From assembly GCA_025453395.1 (NCBI GenBank), contig JALOQK010000008.1, positions 938 through 64,937 on the forward strand: DNA of 64,000 nt. The letters are read 5' to 3'. Below, piece by piece: positions 1 through 8,223 of the stretch (the stretch's first letter is position 1; the number at the start of each line of letters is the position of its first letter). The stretch comes from Candidatus Omnitrophota bacterium (GTDB lineage Bacteria > Omnitrophota > Gorgyraeia > Gygaellales > Profunditerraquicolaceae). The notes beneath the pieces were generated by a model that was given only the letters and a program-made list of their open reading frames with translations, searched no databases and had not been told where the DNA came from. The translations under genes were made by a program, and so were the position numbers.

Positions 1-42
<42 letters not shown>

Positions 43-46
43 AAAT

Positions 47-88
47 CTTGCCGTAGGCAAGTTCACCTACGGTGAATCTCGTAAGAGA
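47..88. repeat. Three abutting mini-hairpins directly upstream of 16S
   Basis: CTTGCC-GTA-GGCAAG (47-61), TTCACC-TAC-GGTGAA (62-76), TCTC-GTAA-GAGA (77-88). Confidence 0.8.
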
Positions 89-197
89 AAGTATAATGGC
101 TCTAAAACTACTTTTTGTTTTGTTTCCTTTTCCGCTTGGCTATAATTTAGAAAGAACGATAGATACACATCTATTTATGCGCCGCTTAGTGCTTCTC

Positions 198-330
198 GCA
201 CACCTTGCCTTATTTGATGGCAAGTGTGCCGCGTATCAGCTTATAACACCCGGGCATAAATCACCTTGGCATAAATGATTGCCAAGTACGCCCTAGTGGG
301 CTGGATTGCCCGGTGTCGCGCATTCTGCGC
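198..330 (-). repeat. Cluster of three ~42-nt two-hairpin elements (one nested in another) in the 16S leader
   Basis: Units at 198-240, 246-330 (outer) and 262-303 (inner). Each has a small hairpin plus a G-bulged long hairpin with an ATCA(A/T)... loop, like the copies in the FMN riboswitch. Confidence 0.75.
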
Positions 331-333
331 AAC

Positions 334-361
334 AAAAAAACGCCCCGTAAGTTACAGGGCG
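334..361 (-). terminator. Intrinsic terminator-like hairpin
   Basis: Minus strand CGCCCTGTAA-C-TTACGGGGCG followed by TTTTTTT. Confidence 0.65.
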
Positions 362-487
362 CTTGATTTTACGCCTTAACTTAAGTTAAAATTAAATTTC
401 AGATGATTTTGTCAATATCGCTTTTATTTATTCTCACGATATATTTGACCCGTGAAGATTTTAAATATACATCTTGCAGGGTAAGTA

Positions 488-516
488 AATATAACAGAAC
501 ATGCTTTAATTGTCAA
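488..516 (-). promoter_or_regulatory. Sigma70-type promoter facing the rRNA locus
   Basis: TTGACA (516-511), 17-nt spacer, TGn-extended TATATT (493-488), with an A-tract upstream (UP-element-like). Confidence 0.65.
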
Positions 517-537
517 GAAATTTTTTTTATTTTTTTC

Positions 538-1743
538 TTACCTGTTTATCATCTCCGTAAGCTGGAATATCGGCATAAACAAAGCCACTACTATGCCTCC
601 TATAATCCCGCCTAAGAATACAATGACTAAAGGCTCTATCATGCTTGTAAGCCCTGATACCGCAACATCAACCTGCTCATCATAAAAATCAGCGATCTTA
701 GAAAGCATCTTTTCCAACTGCCCTGTTTGCTCTCCTACGCTTATCATGCGGCAGACCATCGCAGGAAAAATCTTACTTTTAGACAAAGGCTTATATATCG
801 GCTCTCCCTCGCGCACCGCGTTGCGGCAATTAAGGATAGTTTCTTCTATGACCTTATTTCCGGAAGTTGACGCTACTATATCTAAAGCATTCAGAACCGG
901 AACGCCGCTTTTCATTAAGGTGGCGAAGGTGCGCGAAAATTTGGCCACTCCTACTTTGCGAAAAAGCTCACCCGCTACCGGCAGCCTTAATTTTTGATAA
1001 TCAATATTATATCTACCGCGGACAGTGGCGGCATAACGTTTAAAAATAAACCCGGCAACAAAAAACCCTCCTATAACAATAGGGAACCATTTCTTGAAAA
1101 TATCGCTTATCCCCACCAATATCCTTGTTGGTAGCGGCAATGTTCCGCCAAGGCTGTCAAATATACCCTTAAAGGTAGGCACTACCTTTATTAATAACAA
1201 GGAAGTAATCGCAAAGGCAACTATTAAAACTACAACCGGATAAATCATACTGGAGCGCACCTTTCGGCTTAAAGAAGCTGCCTTCTCAAGGTAAGAAGCT
1301 AATCTATCCAAAACCTGATCCAACATACCGGAAGTTTCTCCTGCCTTGGCCATACTGACGAAAAGATCAGAAAATATATTAGGGTGTTTTGCCAAGGCAT
1401 CGCAAAAACTCATCCCGCCCTCTATATCCTGCTGCACGCTGGAAACAACATTTCTTAAGACTGGCTGTTCGATTTGTTCTGCCAATATATTTAAAGACTG
1501 CACCAGTGGAATACCTGCGTCAATCATGGTGGCTAATTGCCGAGAAAATATAACAATATCATCTATGCCGACCTTTCCTGTTTTCTTGCGCACAGAAACA
1601 GCTACCTTGGACTGTTCAATAGCTATAACAAACAACTCCTGCTTATGCAGGATTTCGCTTGCTTCGGTCTCGCTCTTGGCCTCAACTATTCCCTTAATGG
1701 TCTGCCCGCTTTTGCCTTTGGCAATATAATTAAAGGACAACAT
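538..1743 (-). CDS. pilC: Type IV pilus/T2SS inner-membrane platform protein (PilC/GspF family)
   Basis: FSRQLATMIDAGIPL, GETSGMLDQVLDRLA, GEQTGQLEKMLSKIADFY; two T2SSF repeats and 3 TM segments. Confidence 0.93.
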   Translation of the reverse strand: MLSFNYIAKGKSGQTIKGIVEAKSETEASEILHKQELFVIAIEQSKVAVSVRKKTGKVGIDDIVIFSRQLATMIDAGIPLVQSLNILAEQIEQPVLRNVVSSVQQDIEGGMSFCDALAKHPNIFSDLFVSMAKAGETSGMLDQVLDRLASYLEKAASLSRKVRSSMIYPVVVLIVAFAITSLLLIKVVPTFKGIFDSLGGTLPLPTRILVGISDIFKKWFPIVIGGFFVAGFIFKRYAATVRGRYNIDYQKLRLPVAGELFRKVGVAKFSRTFATLMKSGVPVLNALDIVASTSGNKVIEETILNCRNAVREGEPIYKPLSKSKIFPAMVCRMISVGEQTGQLEKMLSKIADFYDEQVDVAVSGLTSMIEPLVIVFLGGIIGGIVVALFMPIFQLTEMINR

Positions 1744-1762
1744 TTATATATTCCTCCTTGAT

Positions 1763-2824
1763 TTATTCCAAATTCTCCACAATATTCAGAAATGCGCTTA
1801 CTACCTGAGGATCGAATTGAATACCGCTGTTATTTTTTATTTCTGAAACAGCTTCTTCTTTTGTCAGAGGAACCTTACGGTACGAACGCGGCGAACGCAT
1901 AGCCTCGTAGGAGTCCGCCAGATTAATGATCCTTGAGCCCAAACAAATCTCTTCCCTCTTAAGCCCCTTCGGATAGCCAGACCCGTCATAATGTTCATGG
2001 TGTTGGCGGATAAGCTCAATAACTTCTTTCAAGAAAGTAAGCGGCTCTAAGATCTGCGCGGCGGTTGATGGATGACGGCGCATTTCCTGCCATTCTTCGG
2101 GTGTTAATTCCGAAGGCTTAATTAAAATACTATCCTGAATGCCCACTTTTCCTAAATCATGCAGCTCGCATGCCTCTCTTATCATTTCTATTTCCCTGGC
2201 CGGCAATTGCATTTCTTCGGCGATGCTAACCGCGTATTTGGAAACAAGCTGGGAGTGGCTGTGCGTATAATGATCACGAGCGTCTATTACCTGTGCCAGG
2301 ACTTTTATCGTGCGCAAATATGTTGCGCGCAAATCCTCATAAAGATGAGTCAAATTCCGCGCCGAATCTTCTATTCTGCTGGCTAAAAGCGCATTTTGTT
2401 TTTGCAAAGAATTATTTTGTTCCTGAAGATTATGCATGGACTTCCTGTGTGAAACAAGCATGGAATGTAATACAAAAGCCCTCTCAATGGAAAAAGAGGC
2501 TTTCTTATAATCTATGGGATTCTCTATACAATCAAATACCCCTAATGCCTGCAGATCATCCTGGGTAAAATTGACCGGGTTCTGGCTAAAAACTAAAATA
2601 CAGCAATCCGGATCATTCTTCCTTATCTCTTTTAAAAACCAATCAAAAACAGGAATATCCTCATTGACAATCACCACATCAAAAGCGTTATCTTTGAATT
2701 TTTCCAAAGCCAGTCCGATATCGCTTTCAAGATAAACCATCCAGCCTTCCTGATCTTTCTGTTTTTCTTTAAGCCGCGCCATCAAGGAATCGTTATTATC
2801 AACACCTACTACTAATATCTTCAT
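1763..2824 (-). CDS. HD-GYP phosphodiesterase with N-terminal degenerate receiver domain and coiled coil
   Basis: HDLGK and HHEHYDGSGYP motifs. The REC-like N-terminus has Asn (DVVIVN) at the apparent phospho-acceptor position. Confidence 0.88.
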   Translation of the reverse strand: MKILVVGVDNNDSLMARLKEKQKDQEGWMVYLESDIGLALEKFKDNAFDVVIVNEDIPVFDWFLKEIRKNDPDCCILVFSQNPVNFTQDDLQALGVFDCIENPIDYKKASFSIERAFVLHSMLVSHRKSMHNLQEQNNSLQKQNALLASRIEDSARNLTHLYEDLRATYLRTIKVLAQVIDARDHYTHSHSQLVSKYAVSIAEEMQLPAREIEMIREACELHDLGKVGIQDSILIKPSELTPEEWQEMRRHPSTAAQILEPLTFLKEVIELIRQHHEHYDGSGYPKGLKREEICLGSRIINLADSYEAMRSPRSYRKVPLTKEEAVSEIKNNSGIQFDPQVVSAFLNIVENLE

Positions 2825-2834
2825 TTTTTGTATC

Positions 2835-4550
2835 CTATTCCTCAGTAGTGATCCTGACCGCCTCTTCCAAAGAAGTAACCCCGTCTCTTACTTTTATAAA
2901 AGCATCATCTCGGAGGGTAAGCATCCCACAATTTTTTATGCAATAATCTTTGATTTCATCAATAGAGCGCTTTTTGGTAATCATCTCTCTTATCTTATCA
3001 TCAATAAGAGAAGTCTCCAGGATTGCTATTCTACCATAAAAACCCGTGTCATTACAATACTTACACCCATAGGAATTATACACCGGCATTCTTTCATCAA
3101 GGCCTAAGTTGCGCAAAACATCTTTGGGCACATCTATCTGTTTGCGGCACTTAAGACACAGTTTTCTGCACAGTCTCTGAGCGCACAACATCACCAGGCT
3201 TGATGAGACTAAAAACGGCTCAACCCCCATATCCAAAAGGCGGCTTATGCTTGATATCGCATCGTTTGTATGCAGCGTTGATAAAACAAGCTGTCCTGTA
3301 AGAGCGGCCTTAATGGCAATATCCGCGGTTTCAAAATCGCGGATCTCCCCGATCATGATTACATCCGGGCTCTGCCTTAATATCGCGCGCAATCCCGAAG
3401 CAAAATCAAGTTTAATCTCATGCCTGACCTGCACCTGCGTGATGCCTTCAATCTGATACTCTACGGGATCCTCAACTGTTACAATATTTTTCTCAGGGGT
3501 ATTTAACTGGTTTAAAACGGAATATAAAGTCGTGGATTTTCCTGAACCCGTGGGGCCGGTAACTAAGATCATGCCAAAAGGCTTGGCAATGGCTTGCTTA
3601 AAAACCTGGGTCGGCCTCTCTGAGAATCCAAGCTTATCCAAACCTATGGAAAGATTGGTCTTATCAAGCGCGCGCAAAACAAATTTTTGCCCGAAAGTAG
3701 TAGGCAGGCTTGAAACACGAAAATCTACTTCCCTGTTTTCAAAACGCACCTTGAACCTGCCATCTTGAGGGATACGGCTTTCGGTAATATCAAGATTCGA
3801 TATAATCTTAAGCCGCGCCAAGACCGCGTTCTGGTTATTCCGAGGGATTTTAAACGCCTCCAATAAAGACCCGTCTATGCGGTAACGCACTCTCAAGCAA
3901 TCGTATTCCGGCTCTAAATGAATGTCTGAAGCCCTGCGGCGCAATGCTTCGCTGAGCATTAAATCCACCATTTTGACAATCGGCGGCTTCTGGCTGTCTT
4001 TAACCGCGCTTGATAATTCTATCTGCTCGCTTCCGATCATCTCTACTGAGTCTTTGGCGTCTTGCGACATGGCTTCGCCAACAGTTTCATTAAAGATATT
4101 CTGGAAACTGGCGGGCTTAGGGGCATAATGAGCGTCGATGGCGTGGACAATTTCTTCTCTGGGGCTTAAGACTATATCAATATCACAACCAGTGCATGAT
4201 TTTAAATCATCCAAGGCAAAAACATTTAACGGATCGGCAATGGCCACGGTCAGGGTATTGCCTATGCGCGACAATGGGACAATCAAAGACTGCCTGGCCA
4301 TATGTTCAGGTATCAACTGTACAATATTAGGGTCAAATTTATATTTAGCTAAATGAAGCGTAGGCACATAAAGGTGCTGTGAAAAAACCGCCAATAGATC
4401 CTCTTCTGAAATAAATCCCTCGTCGATTAAGACTTTACGCAAAGAAGCCTGTTTTGTTTTCTGAATAGCCAAGGCCTTATCCAATTGCTCTTGGCTTAAA
4501 AGCTTGTTGGTAAGTAAAATATTGATAATATTATCTTTCAGCGTGGGCAT
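2835..4550 (-). CDS. pilB: PilB/GspE-family extension ATPase (copy 2)
   Basis: Walker A GPTGSGKST, Asp box EDPVE, Walker B IMIGEIRD, His box STLHT, tetracysteine Zn motif. Confidence 0.9.
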   Translation of the reverse strand: MPTLKDNIINILLTNKLLSQEQLDKALAIQKTKQASLRKVLIDEGFISEEDLLAVFSQHLYVPTLHLAKYKFDPNIVQLIPEHMARQSLIVPLSRIGNTLTVAIADPLNVFALDDLKSCTGCDIDIVLSPREEIVHAIDAHYAPKPASFQNIFNETVGEAMSQDAKDSVEMIGSEQIELSSAVKDSQKPPIVKMVDLMLSEALRRRASDIHLEPEYDCLRVRYRIDGSLLEAFKIPRNNQNAVLARLKIISNLDITESRIPQDGRFKVRFENREVDFRVSSLPTTFGQKFVLRALDKTNLSIGLDKLGFSERPTQVFKQAIAKPFGMILVTGPTGSGKSTTLYSVLNQLNTPEKNIVTVEDPVEYQIEGITQVQVRHEIKLDFASGLRAILRQSPDVIMIGEIRDFETADIAIKAALTGQLVLSTLHTNDAISSISRLLDMGVEPFLVSSSLVMLCAQRLCRKLCLKCRKQIDVPKDVLRNLGLDERMPVYNSYGCKYCNDTGFYGRIAILETSLIDDKIREMITKKRSIDEIKDYCIKNCGMLTLRDDAFIKVRDGVTSLEEAVRITTEE

Positions 4551-4554
4551 TTTA

Positions 4555-6261
4555 TTATTCGTCAGCTACGGTAACCCTGACAACCTCTTCAATAGTAGTA
4601 AGCCCTCTTAGGGCTGAGTCTATGCCTTCTTCGCGTAAAGTCCTCATCCCCTCTTTCCTGGCTTGATCTTTAATCTGATATTCTTGAGCATGAGAAAGGA
4701 TCATATCCCGTATTTTAACGCTTAAGATAATGACTTCCGCGATAGCAACTCTGCCGCTATAACCAGTATTAAAACATAACGGACATTTCTTGGGGCGGTA
4801 AAATTCACTTTTACTTTTATCTAATTTTAATGCCTCTGCTATTTCCGGGCTTAATGTATATTTTTCTTTACAGTTGGAACAGATCTTACGCACCAACCTT
4901 TGCGCCACAATACCCACCACCGCCGAATTAATCAAGAATGGCTCTACTCCCATATTGATCAGGCGCACAATTGATCCAGCCGCAGTAGTAGTATGCAAAG
5001 TAGAAATAACCAAGTGCCCGGTCAAGGCGCTTTTTATGGCGATGTCCACTGTCTCATAATCACGGATCTCGCCGATCATGATAATGTTAGGGTCTTGCCT
5101 GAGGATTGCGCGCAGGGAACTGGCGAAAGTAAGGCCAATGTCGGGCTTAATGGTCACCTGATTTATCCCATCGAGCTGAAACTCAACCGGATCCTCAACA
5201 GTAACAATGTTTTTATGCGGATCATCCACAAATTTAAGTATGGAATAAAGAGTGGTAGTTTTTCCGCTTCCCGTGGGCCCGGTGACCAAAAACATTCCAT
5301 GCGGCATCTTTGAAGCTTGTTGGATCTTAGTAACATTATTATCAGAAAATCCCAATTTTGCTAAATCCAAGTTGGCTTGGGATTTATCAAGGATACGCAA
5401 TGCCACTTTCTCGCCAAAGCTTGAAGGAATAATGGAAACACGAAAATCTATTTCTCTTCCTGATATGCGCGCCTTAAAACGTCCATCCTGCGGCAGGCGG
5501 TGCTCAGCGATATTAAGATCTGACATGACCTTAACGCGTGAGACTATGGAAGCATGCATGTTAGCCGGGGGCGACTGTTGTTCCTGAAGAACACCGTCAA
5601 TACGAAAACGGACGCGCATTTTCTTGTCCCAAGGCTCGATCAAAATATCTGAAGATTTCTTCTTAACAGCGTCTTCAAGGATAAGATTGGTTACTCTTAT
5701 AACCGGCACTTCGCGGCTGACCCGGGTTAACTCCTGTTCGCTGGGTTGGTTTTCTTTCTCCTCTTTAATAAGTTCAATCCCGGGGACATTTATCTCCTTG
5801 ACCAAATCCTCCATCTCGTCTTTTGTAACATTGGGATAATACAGCTCTATAGCGGCAATAATATCCTGCATCCCGGAAATAATAGGATTAATATTATACC
5901 CGGTCAGGGATTTTACATGGTCAATAGCAAAAATATTCAAAGGATCAACCATAGCCAAAGTAATAGTCTGGCCTATTTTAGAAACGGCTATGATCTGATA
6001 ATGACGGGCGATTTCTACGGGGATTATTCTAGCTGTAGCGGGATCGATCTTAAAACGTTTTAAATCAATAAGCGGCAGGCCCAACCCCTGGCTTAGGATA
6101 GAAACCAAATCCTGTTCCTTGATAAAACCTAAAGAGACAACAATATCGCTTAAGCGGCCTGCCTTTTCCTTCTGGATAGCAATAGCCTTATCCAATTGCT
6201 CGGAAGACAAAAGCTTACTATTAACCAACACTTCTTTAAGACGGTCCTTTAAGGAAAGCAT
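4555..6261 (-). CDS. pilB: PilB/GspE-family extension ATPase (copy 1)
   Basis: GPTGSGKTT, EDPVE, IMIGEIRD, STLHT, CSNC...CPLC. Confidence 0.9.
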   Translation of the reverse strand: MLSLKDRLKEVLVNSKLLSSEQLDKAIAIQKEKAGRLSDIVVSLGFIKEQDLVSILSQGLGLPLIDLKRFKIDPATARIIPVEIARHYQIIAVSKIGQTITLAMVDPLNIFAIDHVKSLTGYNINPIISGMQDIIAAIELYYPNVTKDEMEDLVKEINVPGIELIKEEKENQPSEQELTRVSREVPVIRVTNLILEDAVKKKSSDILIEPWDKKMRVRFRIDGVLQEQQSPPANMHASIVSRVKVMSDLNIAEHRLPQDGRFKARISGREIDFRVSIIPSSFGEKVALRILDKSQANLDLAKLGFSDNNVTKIQQASKMPHGMFLVTGPTGSGKTTTLYSILKFVDDPHKNIVTVEDPVEFQLDGINQVTIKPDIGLTFASSLRAILRQDPNIIMIGEIRDYETVDIAIKSALTGHLVISTLHTTTAAGSIVRLINMGVEPFLINSAVVGIVAQRLVRKICSNCKEKYTLSPEIAEALKLDKSKSEFYRPKKCPLCFNTGYSGRVAIAEVIILSVKIRDMILSHAQEYQIKDQARKEGMRTLREEGIDSALRGLTTIEEVVRVTVADE

Positions 6262-6293
6262 CGGCTTTTTAGCGTCATACTTTTCAAAGTTAT

Positions 6294-6737
6294 TTATTCA
6301 CTGTAATATTTGGAAATGGCCTGTTTTATATCTGAAGAAGTAGAAACAAAGGTCTGGATATTGCATCCGGTCAGCATTTCCACATCCTCGATAGCGTGGA
6401 CATTCAAAGGATTAGACATGGCTAAGGTCAAATTATTGCCTATTTTGTCTATCGGGATAAGCACGTATTGCTTGGCAACCCGGCACGGAACAATATTGGC
6501 TACATCAGAGCTTATTTCATAATTACCAAGCGGCAAATACGGAAAACCATACTGCGCGGTTAAGGATTGGGCGATATCTTCTTCCTTGGCAAACCCCAGC
6601 TCCACCATGATCTCTCCGATAAGGCCGCCTCTTTCTTTCTGGCAGTTCAACGCCTTATCAAGCTGGTCTGCGGATACAAGCCCGCGGTCCACCAACAATT
6701 CACCTAATTGCTTATTAATTATTCTTTTTATCGGCAT
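6294..6737 (-). CDS. Stand-alone MshEN/T2SSE N-terminal domain protein (putative c-di-GMP receptor)
   Basis: QLGELLVDRGLVSADQLDKALNCQ and LIGEIMVELGFAKEEDIAQSLTAQ tandem MshEN-type motifs, then LAMSNPLN; no ATPase domain. Confidence 0.85.
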   Translation of the reverse strand: MPIKRIINKQLGELLVDRGLVSADQLDKALNCQKERGGLIGEIMVELGFAKEEDIAQSLTAQYGFPYLPLGNYEISSDVANIVPCRVAKQYVLIPIDKIGNNLTLAMSNPLNVHAIEDVEMLTGCNIQTFVSTSSDIKQAISKYYSE

Positions 6738-6740
6738 AAT

Positions 6741-8162
6741 CTAAATAGAAATCCTATTTCCCCCTTGGGCCTTGGCCATTTTTAAAGATTCCCTTGCCTT
6801 TAAGAAAAGCTCATCCGAGCTTACTCCGTCAATGGGGTTTTCGCTTACCGCCCCGCTTATAGTCAGATGCATATCTTGCGCTTGGGGATTACCTAAGGAA
6901 ACTTCTACCTTCTTTCTTACTTCTTCAGCCATGCGTATGGAAGCGCGCTTATTCTTATCTTGAAGCACTACAGCGAATTCGTTATCGCCTGTGCGCGCCG
7001 CGCGGTCAGACTCTGAAATAAAATCCCGGATTATGTTGGCTGTTTTCTTCAAAGCCGCTTCCGTCTGCAAAGCCCCTAATTTATGGCTATAATTCTGAAA
7101 ATTATCTATATTAAATATAACTAAAGAACACGGTTTCTGATAAACAATAGCCCTTTTGATTTCTTCTTGAAGACGGCTTTTAATAAAACTTTCATTATAC
7201 AAGCCGGTAAGGTTGTCTTTAATCTCAAGCTCATCCACCCAACCGGAAAGCATATCATTTTCAACCGCGATAGAAAGCTGCTTGGCAAAAATATCCAGTA
7301 ATTCCACATCTTCTTCATGATAACAAAAATCTTCCCTGTTATTTCCAATTACAAGAATACTGCTTAACGAACCTCTGACAAAAATCGGCAGGCTTAAAAA
7401 ATTCTTCAGCCTAAATCTTTCATAAATAAGTTCGCGGTCTTTTTCCTGGATATAATTGGCTTTATCTACTGTAAGCGGCCTTGTTAAATTGGAGATTTTC
7501 GGAAAAATATCATCGCCCTTGATTACTTTTACCTTAGAAAGATACTGGGCATTAGCTCCATCAACAGCCTTCATGAAAAAATCACCATTGTCGGACTCAC
7601 GCGACAAAATAAAAGCAACATCAGAGTTTGCCAAGGTGCGGGCTTTCTGCACCGAAAGAAGCAATATCTCTTCAAGCTTTAAACCTTGCGAAACAAGCGA
7701 ACTTATCTGAAGAAGGCTGGAAAGCACAAGCACTCTTTTCTGTATTTCCAGATTTATCTTGGTAGTTCTTTCGCTATATCCCTTAAGCTCATCCATATTG
7801 CTGCGGATCTTAGAAGTAAGCTGATTTAAAGCATCCCCCAGGTATCCTACTTCATCACCTTTGCTGGTCTTAACGATATGCTGAAAATCCCCCTTGGCGA
7901 TAATCCGGGCTTGAGCGCTTATTGAAGAAACTCTGTCAAAGACCTCTTTAATGATAAAAAACCCCGTAACAGCTACAATAACACTTATTGTCAATACCCA
8001 CATAATCTGTGGACTTACCGTTAAATTGGTGCTAGGAAGAAAATAATTCATAATAACATAACCTAACACCAAAAAAGGCAATACAAGCATAAGATAAAAG
8101 ACCATCCTCAGCTTGTATTTAAGATTGCCCGGACTTAAAAGGACATTTATCTGTTTATTCAT
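6741..8162 (-). CDS. Membrane HAMP-GAF-GGDEF protein with a degenerate GGDEF domain
   Basis: Two TM segments, HAMP (DEVGYLGDALNQL), GAF-like region, DNLTGLYN; catalytic motif altered to GDNEF and the first metal Asp to Asn (FNIDNF). Confidence 0.82.
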   Translation of the reverse strand: MNKQINVLLSPGNLKYKLRMVFYLMLVLPFLVLGYVIMNYFLPSTNLTVSPQIMWVLTISVIVAVTGFFIIKEVFDRVSSISAQARIIAKGDFQHIVKTSKGDEVGYLGDALNQLTSKIRSNMDELKGYSERTTKINLEIQKRVLVLSSLLQISSLVSQGLKLEEILLLSVQKARTLANSDVAFILSRESDNGDFFMKAVDGANAQYLSKVKVIKGDDIFPKISNLTRPLTVDKANYIQEKDRELIYERFRLKNFLSLPIFVRGSLSSILVIGNNREDFCYHEEDVELLDIFAKQLSIAVENDMLSGWVDELEIKDNLTGLYNESFIKSRLQEEIKRAIVYQKPCSLVIFNIDNFQNYSHKLGALQTEAALKKTANIIRDFISESDRAARTGDNEFAVVLQDKNKRASIRMAEEVRKKVEVSLGNPQAQDMHLTISGAVSENPIDGVSSDELFLKARESLKMAKAQGGNRISI

Positions 8163-8223
8163 AAAAAGTCCTTTTTAACATGTTAATTATTATACCTTGT
8201 ATCTTATTATATTGCAATATATT

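Noticed and set aside
72-615. Short plus-strand ORFs at 72-278 and 403-615
   Set aside because: They are antisense to the rRNA leader and pilC end, with no family signal.
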